Source: Bdellovibrionota bacterium
GTDB taxonomy: Bacteria; Bdellovibrionota_C; UBA2361; JBIKWN01
Assembly (NCBI GenBank): GCA_044356295.1
Contig: JBIKWN010000059.1
Location: 1-15,638 of the forward strand
Reading direction: 5' to 3'
Length of the DNA: 15,638 bases
The position numbers and the translations under genes were made by a program. The notes beneath the pieces are model-generated. The model did not search any database and was not told the DNA's origin. It was given only the letters and a program-made list of their open reading frames with translations. Below, in pieces: positions 7,031 to 15,547 of the stretch. Numbering within the stretch: position 1 is the first letter of the stretch; each line of letters opens with the position of its first letter.

Positions 7031-7783
7031 ATGTCTCGTAATTTTCATACAGTTTTGTTTTCTTTATTTCTTCTTAACGGCTGCGTTCCTCAAAGTTTCG
7101 AGTTAAGGGTTAAGCGCCTCGAATCTTCAATTAATGATATTCGAACATTTCAATCAGAGCAGAGCTCGCAGATTGAAGCATTGCAGCAAGAGCTTAGGAA
7201 TTTGACCGGTAAAACTGAAGAGCTTGAGTATTCCACAAACCGTAAATACGGAACTGATTTAGATACCCTCAAACAAGACCTATCCACACTTAAGAGAAGA
7301 GTTCCGCCTCCTGCTAATGTTCCAGTACAGCCGCTCGAGGAAGACGAAGCATTATCTGATAAAGGTGGTTTCTCTTATTTAGCTGATGCTCTTCTTAAAT
7401 TAAGATCAGGAAACTACACAGATGCACTCCCTCAGCTTCAACAAGCTCAAGCATCAATGCCATCTGATTATCAAGCCCAAGTGTTATTTTGGCAGGGGGT
7501 TACGTACGATGGTTTGGGAGAATATAAAAATTCCTTAGCTACTTATAATGATTTAGTTACTATGTATCCTCGTTCAAGAAGGGCCCCTCTTGCTTTAATC
7601 AGACAAGCATCAGTTTTTGAAAAATTAGGTGACGGTAAAGCTTCACAGTTTGCACTGATGAAACTTGTAAATGATTATCCGGATTCGCCTGAAGCGCTCT
7701 CTATGAAGTCTCGCCTCCCAACAGCAGCACCTTCTTCAAAACAAAGTACCCCAAAGAGTACGAAAAGTAAGAAAAAGAATTGA
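7031..7783 (+). CDS. cpoB: CpoB/YbgF tol-pal-associated coiled-coil and TPR protein, predicted lipoprotein
   Basis: Lipobox LLNG-C, coiled coil, then TPR motifs (LFWQG..Y...G.Y..SL..Y..LV..YP.S.RAP.AL; LVNDYPDSPEA); directly downstream of pal. Confidence 0.88.
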   Translation: MSRNFHTVLFSLFLLNGCVPQSFELRVKRLESSINDIRTFQSEQSSQIEALQQELRNLTGKTEELEYSTNRKYGTDLDTLKQDLSTLKRRVPPPANVPVQPLEEDEALSDKGGFSYLADALLKLRSGNYTDALPQLQQAQASMPSDYQAQVLFWQGVTYDGLGEYKNSLATYNDLVTMYPRSRRAPLALIRQASVFEKLGDGKASQFALMKLVNDYPDSPEALSMKSRLPTAAPSSKQSTPKSTKSKKKN

Positions 7784-8748
7784 AACTTCATTTCGACCAG
7801 GCAAAGGGCTTTATAAAGCGAATCCAAGCCTCTGAGTTAGTGCTTGGAAAACGACTGTTTGAAGAACCAGTTGTTCTGACATTTGGTAGTTTTGATGGAA
7901 TTCATCTTGGGCATCAACAGATCCTTTCTTCAATGTCAGATGCTTCTAAAATGTATGAAAAAAGTAAGAAGGTTTTACTTACTTTTTATCCACACCCTTC
8001 AGTGGCTTTAAAAAAAATTGAGTCACTACCAAGTATCACTAATATTTCCCAAAGAATATCGTATCTTTCGAATCAACATATTGATCATTTCGTGCTTGTT
8101 CACTTTTCAAAAAAAGTGCAACAGATGGAATGGAAAGATTTTCTAAAGTGTCTCGCTAATTTATTTAACCTCAAGGAAGTGATTATAGGTGAAGATGCGA
8201 GGATAGGGCGTGCTGCTCTTGGAACGGCACAGGGTATTAAAGATCACTTAGAACTCGATACTATTAAGGTTACTATTTTACCACTCCTTTTAGAGGGGAA
8301 TAGTAAATATGGATCTCGCGCGATTAGAGATCACATAGCACGAGGTGAACTCAAGGAGGCAAGTCGTGAACTTGGACGACCATTCTGCATTGAGGGCAAA
8401 GTTATCAGAGGAAATCAGATTGGCAGGACTTTGGGGTTTCCAACTGCTAATATTAATTATAAACAGTCAATACTTCCACCGTGTGGAGTGTATGCTGTAA
8501 CAGTTACGACAAAGTCGGGTAGTTTTTTGGGTGCAGCAAATCTTGGGATTCGTCCAACGGTAAACAATAGTAATAAAACGATCTTAGAAATTCATCTTAT
8601 CGATTTTAGTGGAGACCTCTATGGTCAACGTGTTTCTGTAGAATTTTTAGAGAAAATTCGAGAAGAGATTGCTTTTAATTCACTTGAAGAACTGAAAAAA
8701 CAGATTGAAAAAGATCTACTGATAATTCGCCAAAGGAAGGTATCTTGA
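7780..8748 (+). CDS. ribF: Bifunctional riboflavin kinase / FAD synthetase
   Basis: GSFDGIHLGHQ, TFYPHP, GRTLGFPTAN, GVYA, GIRPT and LEIH motifs. The TTG start overlaps the cpoB TGA; exact start uncertain. Confidence 0.96.
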   Translation: MKLHFDQAKGFIKRIQASELVLGKRLFEEPVVLTFGSFDGIHLGHQQILSSMSDASKMYEKSKKVLLTFYPHPSVALKKIESLPSITNISQRISYLSNQHIDHFVLVHFSKKVQQMEWKDFLKCLANLFNLKEVIIGEDARIGRAALGTAQGIKDHLELDTIKVTILPLLLEGNSKYGSRAIRDHIARGELKEASRELGRPFCIEGKVIRGNQIGRTLGFPTANINYKQSILPPCGVYAVTVTTKSGSFLGAANLGIRPTVNNSNKTILEIHLIDFSGDLYGQRVSVEFLEKIREEIAFNSLEELKKQIEKDLLIIRQRKVS

Positions 8749-9710
8749 AAATTGATTTTACAGCTACTACTGACGGTAGGTTGGATAAATGTATCCTCGA
8801 AGCTCTCTCTGACGTTGCTCCAACATTTGAAGTATCACGGAGTAAGTTAGAGCATTTTATCGATACTACTGGTGTATTCATAAATGGAAAGCTGCAAAAG
8901 AAAAACGGAACTAAAATTAAAGTAGGGGATCAAATTTCTTTTGTATGGACTGATCAAGTATCTACTTCTAATCCTGTCAGTTATGAATTTCCAATTACAA
9001 TTTTGTATGAAGATGATGATCTTATTGCAATCAATAAACCTGCGGGATTAACGGTTCATCCAGGAGCAGGAAATCCTGATAAGACGCTTCTGAACGCGCT
9101 TGTTTCTTATTATGAGAAACAAAATATCGACCTTCCAGCGCAACGATGCGGAATTGTACACCGACTTGATAAGGATACATCAGGGGTGTTGCTGGTCGCT
9201 AAAAACGATATGTCTCATGCATCCTTGCAAAGACAATTTGCTGAAAGGAAAACAAAAAAAGAGTACCGAGCTCTCGTCTATCTTCCCGAGCGTGGAAGTC
9301 GTGAACTCAGAGAGCACGACGAAGGAGTCATCTCTGCCCCACTAGCCCGTTCAAAGATTAATAGGCTTAAAATGGCTGTTAATGAAGAAGGGAAAGAGGC
9401 CATTACTGCATGGAAGATCATAGAAAGGCTTCACCATGCAGCTCTGATATCGATTGATTTAAAGACAGGACGAACCCATCAAATACGAGCTCATATGGAG
9501 TCAATCAAAAGTGGAGTTATCGGAGATCCTCTTTATAACGAATGGACACATATTCCCGCTGCATTAAAGCGTGACGTAGATTTCATTGGACGACAAGCAC
9601 TTCATGCATATCAAATTACTGTTGAACATCCCAATACAAAAAAAGATGTTACTTTTACCGCACCTTTGCCAGATGATTTTGAAAAGCTTATTTTACTTTT
9701 TCGTTCTTAA
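8745..9710 (+). CDS. rluD: RluA-family (RluD-like) 23S rRNA pseudouridine synthase
   Basis: S4-like N-terminus (GRLD...SRS), NKPAGLTVHPG, catalytic HRLDKDTSG, TGRTHQIR, GDPLY and QALHA. AAGGAAGG precedes the TTG; adjacent to pgeF as is usual for rluD. Confidence 0.93.
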   Translation: MKIDFTATTDGRLDKCILEALSDVAPTFEVSRSKLEHFIDTTGVFINGKLQKKNGTKIKVGDQISFVWTDQVSTSNPVSYEFPITILYEDDDLIAINKPAGLTVHPGAGNPDKTLLNALVSYYEKQNIDLPAQRCGIVHRLDKDTSGVLLVAKNDMSHASLQRQFAERKTKKEYRALVYLPERGSRELREHDEGVISAPLARSKINRLKMAVNEEGKEAITAWKIIERLHHAALISIDLKTGRTHQIRAHMESIKSGVIGDPLYNEWTHIPAALKRDVDFIGRQALHAYQITVEHPNTKKDVTFTAPLPDDFEKLILLFRS

Positions 9711-9713
9711 TAG

Positions 9714-10427
9714 ATGATGAGTCAAGAAGAATTAATAGTTCCAATCGTCACGAAAGATAGAAGAATCTCTGCGGGATTTGTTGGGAAGCCGTATAATTTT
9801 CGTAATTATACAAATGGCAATGATCACCAATCGAAAGAATCCTCTTTAGTATCTTCATTAGGTTTTGATTCTTTGGTGTTCTTAAAACAGGTACATTCGG
9901 CAATTATCGTTACTTCTGAGTCACTTTGTGACAGTAATGTATTAGAAGCTGATGGAATTATAATAGATAAAAATAAATGTACTAAAAGTAATCGAACTCT
10001 TTTTGGAATTAGAACAGCCGATTGCCTGCCAATATACATTGAAACGCAGTCTGTCATATTACTTTTGCATGGAGGATGGAGGGGGATTGCGTCCGGTATA
10101 TGTCAGAAAGCAATTTCTTTAATTCCAGCATCTGAACAGATCGATATACTAGCCATCGGACCCTGTGCATCAGGAGAAGTCTATGAAGTTGGTCCTGAAG
10201 TTATTGCTGCTATTGAAAACCCAGTCTATACGCCTTCAGTATTATCCGATAAATTCCTTATTGATTTACCGCAAACAGCAATAAATTATTTTAGCCGTAT
10301 TAAAAAAATTGAAAATATTTTCTCTATTCCGATTTGTACTATAACGAATAACTGTTGGCATTCGTATCGCAGAGATCCGCAAAATTTCGGTTCAAACCTT
10401 TTATATTGTGGCGTAGTAATGCCGTAA
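9714..10427 (+). CDS. pgeF: PgeF/YfiH family (purine nucleoside phosphorylase / peptidoglycan editing factor)
   Basis: QVHS, EADG, TADCLPI, HGGWRG, IGPC, YEVG, CT and SYRR motifs; conserved rluD-yfiH order. Confidence 0.9.
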   Translation: MMSQEELIVPIVTKDRRISAGFVGKPYNFRNYTNGNDHQSKESSLVSSLGFDSLVFLKQVHSAIIVTSESLCDSNVLEADGIIIDKNKCTKSNRTLFGIRTADCLPIYIETQSVILLLHGGWRGIASGICQKAISLIPASEQIDILAIGPCASGEVYEVGPEVIAAIENPVYTPSVLSDKFLIDLPQTAINYFSRIKKIENIFSIPICTITNNCWHSYRRDPQNFGSNLLYCGVVMP

Positions 10428-11015
10428 CTATTTTGCAAATGAGAATTTTGCTTCCTGTCCCCGAACGAGTCTTTCAAGATTCTCTACATGTCTTAAGGTG
10501 ACAATAATACCGATAATGGCTAAAGATAGATTGTAGTGTTCACTTGGATAGATAAAAAATGAAATTAAAGGAACAAGAAGCGCTGCTGTCACTGATGAGG
10601 CTGAGACATATTTCGTTATTGAAAAAACGATTGCAAAAATACCCAGGGCGATACATCCAAGAGAAATGCTCAGCGCACTAATGACTCCAAGTGCAGTAGC
10701 TACACCTTTGCCACCCTTTAGCCCTGGCAATGAATAACAGTGCCCAATTACCACTGCTATAGACATAACGATTTCGACACCAAATAGTCTCGCTATTAAA
10801 ACAACAAATGCACCTTTTAGTACATCGACAATAAGGGTTACAAAACCGGCTCTTTTACCAACAACTCTTGCAAGATTTGTTGCTCCAACATTACCACTGC
10901 CAACTTTTTCAATATCAATTCCATACCAGTGAGCAATAATTTTGCCAGTCGGAAATGAACCTATAATATAAGAAATGAGAGCACATAAAAGGGTAATGAT
11001 GTATGTCGTTGTCAT
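10428..11015 (-). CDS. plsY: Acyl-phosphate:glycerol-3-phosphate acyltransferase
   Basis: GSGNVGATN, DVLKG, GHC, GGKGVAT and RHVENLERL motifs; multi-TM; ATGA overlap with the rpe stop. Confidence 0.96.
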   Translation of the reverse strand: MTTTYIITLLCALISYIIGSFPTGKIIAHWYGIDIEKVGSGNVGATNLARVVGKRAGFVTLIVDVLKGAFVVLIARLFGVEIVMSIAVVIGHCYSLPGLKGGKGVATALGVISALSISLGCIALGIFAIVFSITKYVSASSVTAALLVPLISFFIYPSEHYNLSLAIIGIIVTLRHVENLERLVRGQEAKFSFAK

Positions 11016-11659
11016 CGGAGTGACTGTATCGCAACTTTTCTGTCCTTAGAAGAGAAAAGATACGATCCGGCTACTAAAACATCTGCCCCAGCATTTGAGC
11101 ACTGATTTGCCGTTTCTGCATTAATTCCCCCGTCGACTTCTATCAGTGTTGGAAGGTTTCGTTTTAGGATTTCATTCTTGAGCAATTCAATCTTAGGAAG
11201 GCACGAAGAGATGAATTTTTGTCCGCCCCAGCCAGGATTAACTGTCATGATGAGCACGAGGTCGCAAATATCAAGTACATCAAAAACAGTTTCAATAGGG
11301 GTTCCAGGGTTGACAGCCACACCAGCTTTCGTATTGAGCGAATGTATTGATTGGAGTGTCCTATGAAGGTGTGGGCAGACTTCTTGGTGAACAATTATCT
11401 GATCAGCACCTGCGTCTGCAAAAGTTTTTAGATGATTATCCGGCTCTACAATCATCAAGTGTACATCTCTAAATAGCGAAGAAGCCTTTTTAGAGGTTGA
11501 AACCATCTCTGCTCCAAACGTTATGGGCGGCACGAATTTTCCGTCCATTACATCAATATGTATCCAATCAGCTCCAGCATCAGTTATTGTTTTGATCTCA
11601 TGAGAAAGAGAACCAAAATCAGCAGCGAGAACAGATGGAGCGATTATTTTTTTTGACAT
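11012..11659 (-). CDS. rpe: Ribulose-phosphate 3-epimerase
   Basis: APSVL, HIDVMDG, DVHLM, MTVNPGWGGQ, EVDGG and VAGS motifs. Confidence 0.98.
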   Translation of the reverse strand: MSKKIIAPSVLAADFGSLSHEIKTITDAGADWIHIDVMDGKFVPPITFGAEMVSTSKKASSLFRDVHLMIVEPDNHLKTFADAGADQIIVHQEVCPHLHRTLQSIHSLNTKAGVAVNPGTPIETVFDVLDICDLVLIMTVNPGWGGQKFISSCLPKIELLKNEILKRNLPTLIEVDGGINAETANQCSNAGADVLVAGSYLFSSKDRKVAIQSLR

Positions 11660-11662
11660 AAA

Positions 11663-12631
11663 TTATTCTCTGAACTTATCACCTGCTTTGAGCTCTACGC
11701 CACTTAAAAACTCTCGGGTAGCCAACCTTTTTTTCCCCTCCATTTGGAGCTCTAAAAGGGCAAGACAACCATCCTTCGTTGCAACTTGAAGCTCGTCACT
11801 AGAGGCAAAGACAATAGTTCCAGGAGAAGTATCTGTATTACCTTCATTTTGACGAATTGCGGATCGAAAGATTTTCACTCGTTTATCATCAAAATACGTA
11901 TAGGCACCTGGATGAGGAGACAGTCCGTGAATCTGCCTTAGGATTTCACTACTATTTTGATTCCAATTAATTTTTGCTTCGTCATTGAGGATTTTCTTAG
12001 CATATGTAACCCCTTCAGTTGATTGGGCTACAGATGTCAATTCATTATTTACAATTGCTAATAAATTATCAGTGAGAAGCTTTGCACCTTTTATCGAGAG
12101 TTCATCATGTAGATCTTCTAGGGTGGTAGAGTCATCGATTGGGGCAATTGAAGTAGCATACACTGCGCCCGTATCAAGACCTTGCTCCATTTGCATTAAT
12201 TGAACCCCAGTTTGTAAGTCACCGCTCATAATTGCTCTTTGCATTGGAGCTGCTCCTCGCCAACGGGGAAGTAAAGATCCATGTACATTAATAGATCCCT
12301 TTGATGGCAAAGAGAGTACCTCAACCGGAAGGAGCTGACCGAATGCAACAACTACCCCTATATCAAAGGGTCCAAACTTTTTGGCATCTTCTAAAAAAGA
12401 ATTTATATCATTTGAAATTTTATGAGGAGTAATACACGGTATGTTTGCAGCTTGTGCTGCTAGTTTTACAGGGGTAGGGACTTCTTTTTTCCCTCTTCCT
12501 GCCGGTCGATCTGGATTTGTGACAACAAGTAAAACTTCAAATTGTGAATTCTCGATAAGTGCACGCAGACTAACTGCGGCAAATTCAGGAGTTCCAAAGA
12601 AAATTACTTTTGCTCTTGTTTGCTGAGCCAT
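11663..12631 (-). CDS. fmt: Methionyl-tRNA formyltransferase
   Basis: FFGTPEFA, NVHGSLLPRWRGAAP, GLDTG and TYAKKI motifs; overlaps the def 3' end by 28 nt. Confidence 0.98.
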   Translation of the reverse strand: MAQQTRAKVIFFGTPEFAAVSLRALIENSQFEVLLVVTNPDRPAGRGKKEVPTPVKLAAQAANIPCITPHKISNDINSFLEDAKKFGPFDIGVVVAFGQLLPVEVLSLPSKGSINVHGSLLPRWRGAAPMQRAIMSGDLQTGVQLMQMEQGLDTGAVYATSIAPIDDSTTLEDLHDELSIKGAKLLTDNLLAIVNNELTSVAQSTEGVTYAKKILNDEAKINWNQNSSEILRQIHGLSPHPGAYTYFDDKRVKIFRSAIRQNEGNTDTSPGTIVFASSDELQVATKDGCLALLELQMEGKKRLATREFLSGVELKAGDKFRE

Positions 12632-13101
12632 TTTACAAAGAGCCGTTTTTTAAGATTGGATAAATGATCGACGAATAAAATACCATCGAGGTGATCTATT
12701 TCATGTTGCACGCAATATGAAAGAAGTTCTTCGGCCTCAAATTCAAAAGGCTTACCGAAACGATCAACTGCATGAACATGTACTTTGCTGCTACGCGTAA
12801 TAGTTTCACGAAAATCTGGAATACTTAAGCATCCTTCACGTGAGTCGATTTTTCCTTGGCGAATAACGATCTTAGGATTTATAAGTTCTATTGGCTGATT
12901 ACGTTCATCTGAGGTGTCAATTACGGCAACGCGAATCATTTTGCCAACCTGAGTGGCCGCTAACCCGACCCCATCGGCGTAATACATCGTCTCTTTGAGG
13001 TCATCAAGAAAAGAATGGAGCGCTTTGTCAAAAACAGTCACAGGAAGGGCAACTTCCTTTAAGAGGGGGTGGGGATAAATGAGAATATCGAGTAGAGCCA
13101 T
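12604..13101 (-). CDS. def: Peptide deformylase
   Basis: GVGLAA, EGCLS and HEIDH motifs. ATG at 13101 (MALLDILIYPHPLL) gives a normal Def N-terminus and avoids overlap with the divergent gene. Confidence 0.97.
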   Translation of the reverse strand: MALLDILIYPHPLLKEVALPVTVFDKALHSFLDDLKETMYYADGVGLAATQVGKMIRVAVIDTSDERNQPIELINPKIVIRQGKIDSREGCLSIPDFRETITRSSKVHVHAVDRFGKPFEFEAEELLSYCVQHEIDHLDGILFVDHLSNLKKRLFVKWLSKQEQK

Positions 13102-13115
13102 TTGAATAAAGAAGG

Positions 13116-13125
13116 TATCATAACA
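13116..13125. promoter_or_regulatory. Putative bidirectional promoter with overlapping -10 elements
   Basis: Plus strand has TATCAT (13116-13121). Minus strand has TGtTATGAT (13125->13117). Both lie in the 30-nt gap between divergent ATGs at 13101 and 13132. Confidence 0.5.
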
Positions 13126-13131
13126 TGTACT

Positions 13132-13518
13132 ATGATTCACCTGGAACACCAAGAAGCCCTACTTTTGCGAATGCTTAGTAGTTTTTTTGGTCAAGATCAC
13201 GTTATCCCCAAAATGAGTCTTTTTGCCGTTTGTGGGGGTGTTGTTAAAGCCGAAGATATCGACCGAGCAAGGAAAACACCGTGCCTTTTTACTGTAGTAG
13301 ATACTGATGACCAGCCTAAGATTGTGTTCGATTTCTTCTCTGGTTTTGATAAGCCTTTTGAGGTGAAAGACGTTGAGGGGCAGCAATTTGCAAAGCCAAT
13401 GCTTGAATCGCACGGAATTCGCTACATAACGATGACTGCTGAGGAATTTGCCGAGATTACTGATCCCCAAAGCCCTCTGGACTTTTATCATTGGCTCAAG
13501 GACAAGATGGATTTATGA
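13132..13518 (+). CDS. Hypothetical protein, DUF2726-like restriction-endonuclease-type fold with degenerate acidic motifs
   Basis: 128 aa from ATG 13132. Pattern E...L..L, V.PKMSL, LFTVVD...P.IVFDF and LESHGIRYIT. ATGA-coupled to the next gene. Confidence 0.7.
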   Translation: MIHLEHQEALLLRMLSSFFGQDHVIPKMSLFAVCGGVVKAEDIDRARKTPCLFTVVDTDDQPKIVFDFFSGFDKPFEVKDVEGQQFAKPMLESHGIRYITMTAEEFAEITDPQSPLDFYHWLKDKMDL

Positions 13519-14561
13519 AGCACGTTGCTAAAGTTGTATTTTTCTTACTTTGTATCGCAGGATTTTATTGGACAAATTTTAATTTTAAGAATTATCTTAT
13601 TTCAGTTCCACTTGCGAAAACACAACTCATATTTTTTATTCCAGTTGTTGTGTCTGTCTTGTTCTTGCTTAGACCCTTACTTTTCATTTCGATGAAAGTT
13701 GGTTTAGGAATTATTTTTGTTGGAACTATCATTACGGGATTTACTTTCAGTCCCTATACACTCAAGCGAGATATTATTTACTTTGCACCATATATTGGTG
13801 ATTTTAATGCTTCACAAACCAGAATTGATAGAATTCTTTTCGAAGAATCTCTATCAAAAACTCAAAATACAGTTTCAGTATCTTCGGTTTATGAAACCGT
13901 TGATACTACTGAAGAAGCAGTTCGTTTGATTGATAATCGAGAGATCGTTCGAGGAGTTATTTGGGGTAATACTCGAACACTAAATATTACCTTTGGTAAT
14001 ACGATTTCTTCCGTCCAAGTTCCTTATCGTGATTGGAGTACTGGTTTCGAAATTATGAAAATTATTACGACTCCATCTGAAGTTGATGTGCCGTATTCCC
14101 CACGTAAGGAAACGATAGAACTTATTGCAGCTTCTTTCTCTCAGGATCCAAAGGTTCTAGCTGATGCAGCAGAAGTTGTTGTTCGATGGAAGTCTAATAC
14201 GCTTCGCTCTTTTGTTTTATTTAAGCTCGGAACGTTACATCTTGTAAGTTTTTTTAACGCACATGAGTATTCGGTAGAGAGTCTTAATAGTGCAATTTCA
14301 ACTTTGCAAACTGCTTATAAATTTGCTCCTGGTCTTGAAAATAGGCTTTTAAGAAGAGTTATTCTTAGTAACTTAGCTGTGGCACTGACGGCCAAAGGTA
14401 AATTTGAATTGAATAATCAGCTTCTGAAGAGTGCTCGGGGTATGATTTTGGATGCTGCTCGAATAACTGTTGAGCAAGATAAATTAGATAGACCTTTTGT
14501 TGATTCTCGACTCATTCAACGTCAAAATAGTGATGCCTTAAGATTACTACTCAAAGATTAG
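13515..14561 (+). CDS. Hypothetical membrane protein (about 3 N-terminal TM helices, alpha/beta domain, C-terminal TPR-like helices)
   Basis: 348-aa ORF from ATG 13515, overlapping the upstream TGA. Three hydrophobic segments in the first ~80 aa; TPR-like LFKLG.L...LNSAIS.LQ.A and ILSNLAVAL. Ends 2 nt before purC. Confidence 0.75.
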   Translation: MKHVAKVVFFLLCIAGFYWTNFNFKNYLISVPLAKTQLIFFIPVVVSVLFLLRPLLFISMKVGLGIIFVGTIITGFTFSPYTLKRDIIYFAPYIGDFNASQTRIDRILFEESLSKTQNTVSVSSVYETVDTTEEAVRLIDNREIVRGVIWGNTRTLNITFGNTISSVQVPYRDWSTGFEIMKIITTPSEVDVPYSPRKETIELIAASFSQDPKVLADAAEVVVRWKSNTLRSFVLFKLGTLHLVSFFNAHEYSVESLNSAISTLQTAYKFAPGLENRLLRRVILSNLAVALTAKGKFELNNQLLKSARGMILDAARITVEQDKLDRPFVDSRLIQRQNSDALRLLLKD

Positions 14562-14563
14562 CT

Positions 14564-15523
14564 ATGGAAACAAAAGAAATATTCGCTGAACTTCCTTTTT
14601 GTATAGATGATGTATCACTTAAGGATTTTGGAAAAAAATACTCTGGAAAAGTCAGGGATTGTTATGTGGTTGGAGCTGGAACCGACCAAGCAAAGAGAAT
14701 TCTTATTACCTCTGATCGTCTCAGTTGTTTCGATAAAATTGTTACTGTTATTCCCTTTAAGGGGCAAGTGCTCACAAGCCTTGCTATGTTTTGGTTTGAT
14801 AAGATTTCATCAATCATTCCCCATCATGTAATATCTCGTCCGCATCAAAATGTCATGATTGGCAGAGAAGCATCAGTTGTTCCGATTGAAGTAGTTGTTC
14901 GAGCGTACCTTACAGGCAGCGCATGGAGAGATTACCAAGCCGGACGTCCAGTGAGTGGTATTAAATTCCCAGAAGGAATGAAAAAAGATCAAAAACTTGA
15001 TACCCCGATACTAACCCCATCAACAAAAGCTGAAAAAGGCGAACATGATATGCCTATTTCAGAATTAGAGATTCTTCACCGAGAGATAGTGTCAGAACAG
15101 CTATGGAATAAAATAAAATCTGCAGCCCTTGATCTTTTTCATCTTGGATCACATTGGGCTGATAAGCAGGAGTTAATCTTAGTAGATACTAAATATGAGT
15201 TTGGAATATGTGATGGTGAATTAATTCTTGTTGATGAAATTCATACACTTGATTCTTCTCGTTACTGGGTTAAAAAAGAGTATCAATCTCATTTTGATAA
15301 ACAGATTGATCAAGTGATGCTCGATAAAGAGCCTACTCGTCAGTGGTTACTATCCAAAGGTTTTAATGGCGAAGGGGAGATTCCTTTTTTTACTGATGAG
15401 CATAGGGTTGAGATTGCAAAACACTATATTGATAGCTATGAAATGATTACTGGTTTGGAGTTTGTTCCTGTGAAGGGTACTACTGTTGATAGTATTCAGG
15501 AGAGTGTTCGTGCGGTTGTATGA
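14564..15523 (+). CDS. purC: SAICAR synthase (long, Ade1-like form)
   Basis: YSGKVRD, SDRLSCFD, IPFKGQVL, PIEVVVRAYLTGS, TPSTKA, LVDTKYEFG, DEIHTLDSSRYW and LDKE motifs. Confidence 0.97.
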   Translation: METKEIFAELPFCIDDVSLKDFGKKYSGKVRDCYVVGAGTDQAKRILITSDRLSCFDKIVTVIPFKGQVLTSLAMFWFDKISSIIPHHVISRPHQNVMIGREASVVPIEVVVRAYLTGSAWRDYQAGRPVSGIKFPEGMKKDQKLDTPILTPSTKAEKGEHDMPISELEILHREIVSEQLWNKIKSAALDLFHLGSHWADKQELILVDTKYEFGICDGELILVDEIHTLDSSRYWVKKEYQSHFDKQIDQVMLDKEPTRQWLLSKGFNGEGEIPFFTDEHRVEIAKHYIDSYEMITGLEFVPVKGTTVDSIQESVRAVV

Positions 15524-15547
15524 AGGTGGTGTAATTTAGGGGAGTTT

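Noticed and set aside
13102..13152. Extended starts for def (13152) and the divergent ORF (13102)
   Set aside because: They force head-to-head overlap. ATGs at 13101 and 13132 give cleaner N-termini.
1881..14831. Other short alternative-frame or antisense ORFs (e.g. 1881-2186, 2642-2929, 3154-3471, 9100-9345, 13159-13491, 14607-14831)
   Set aside because: All lie largely within well-supported genes and show no family signature.
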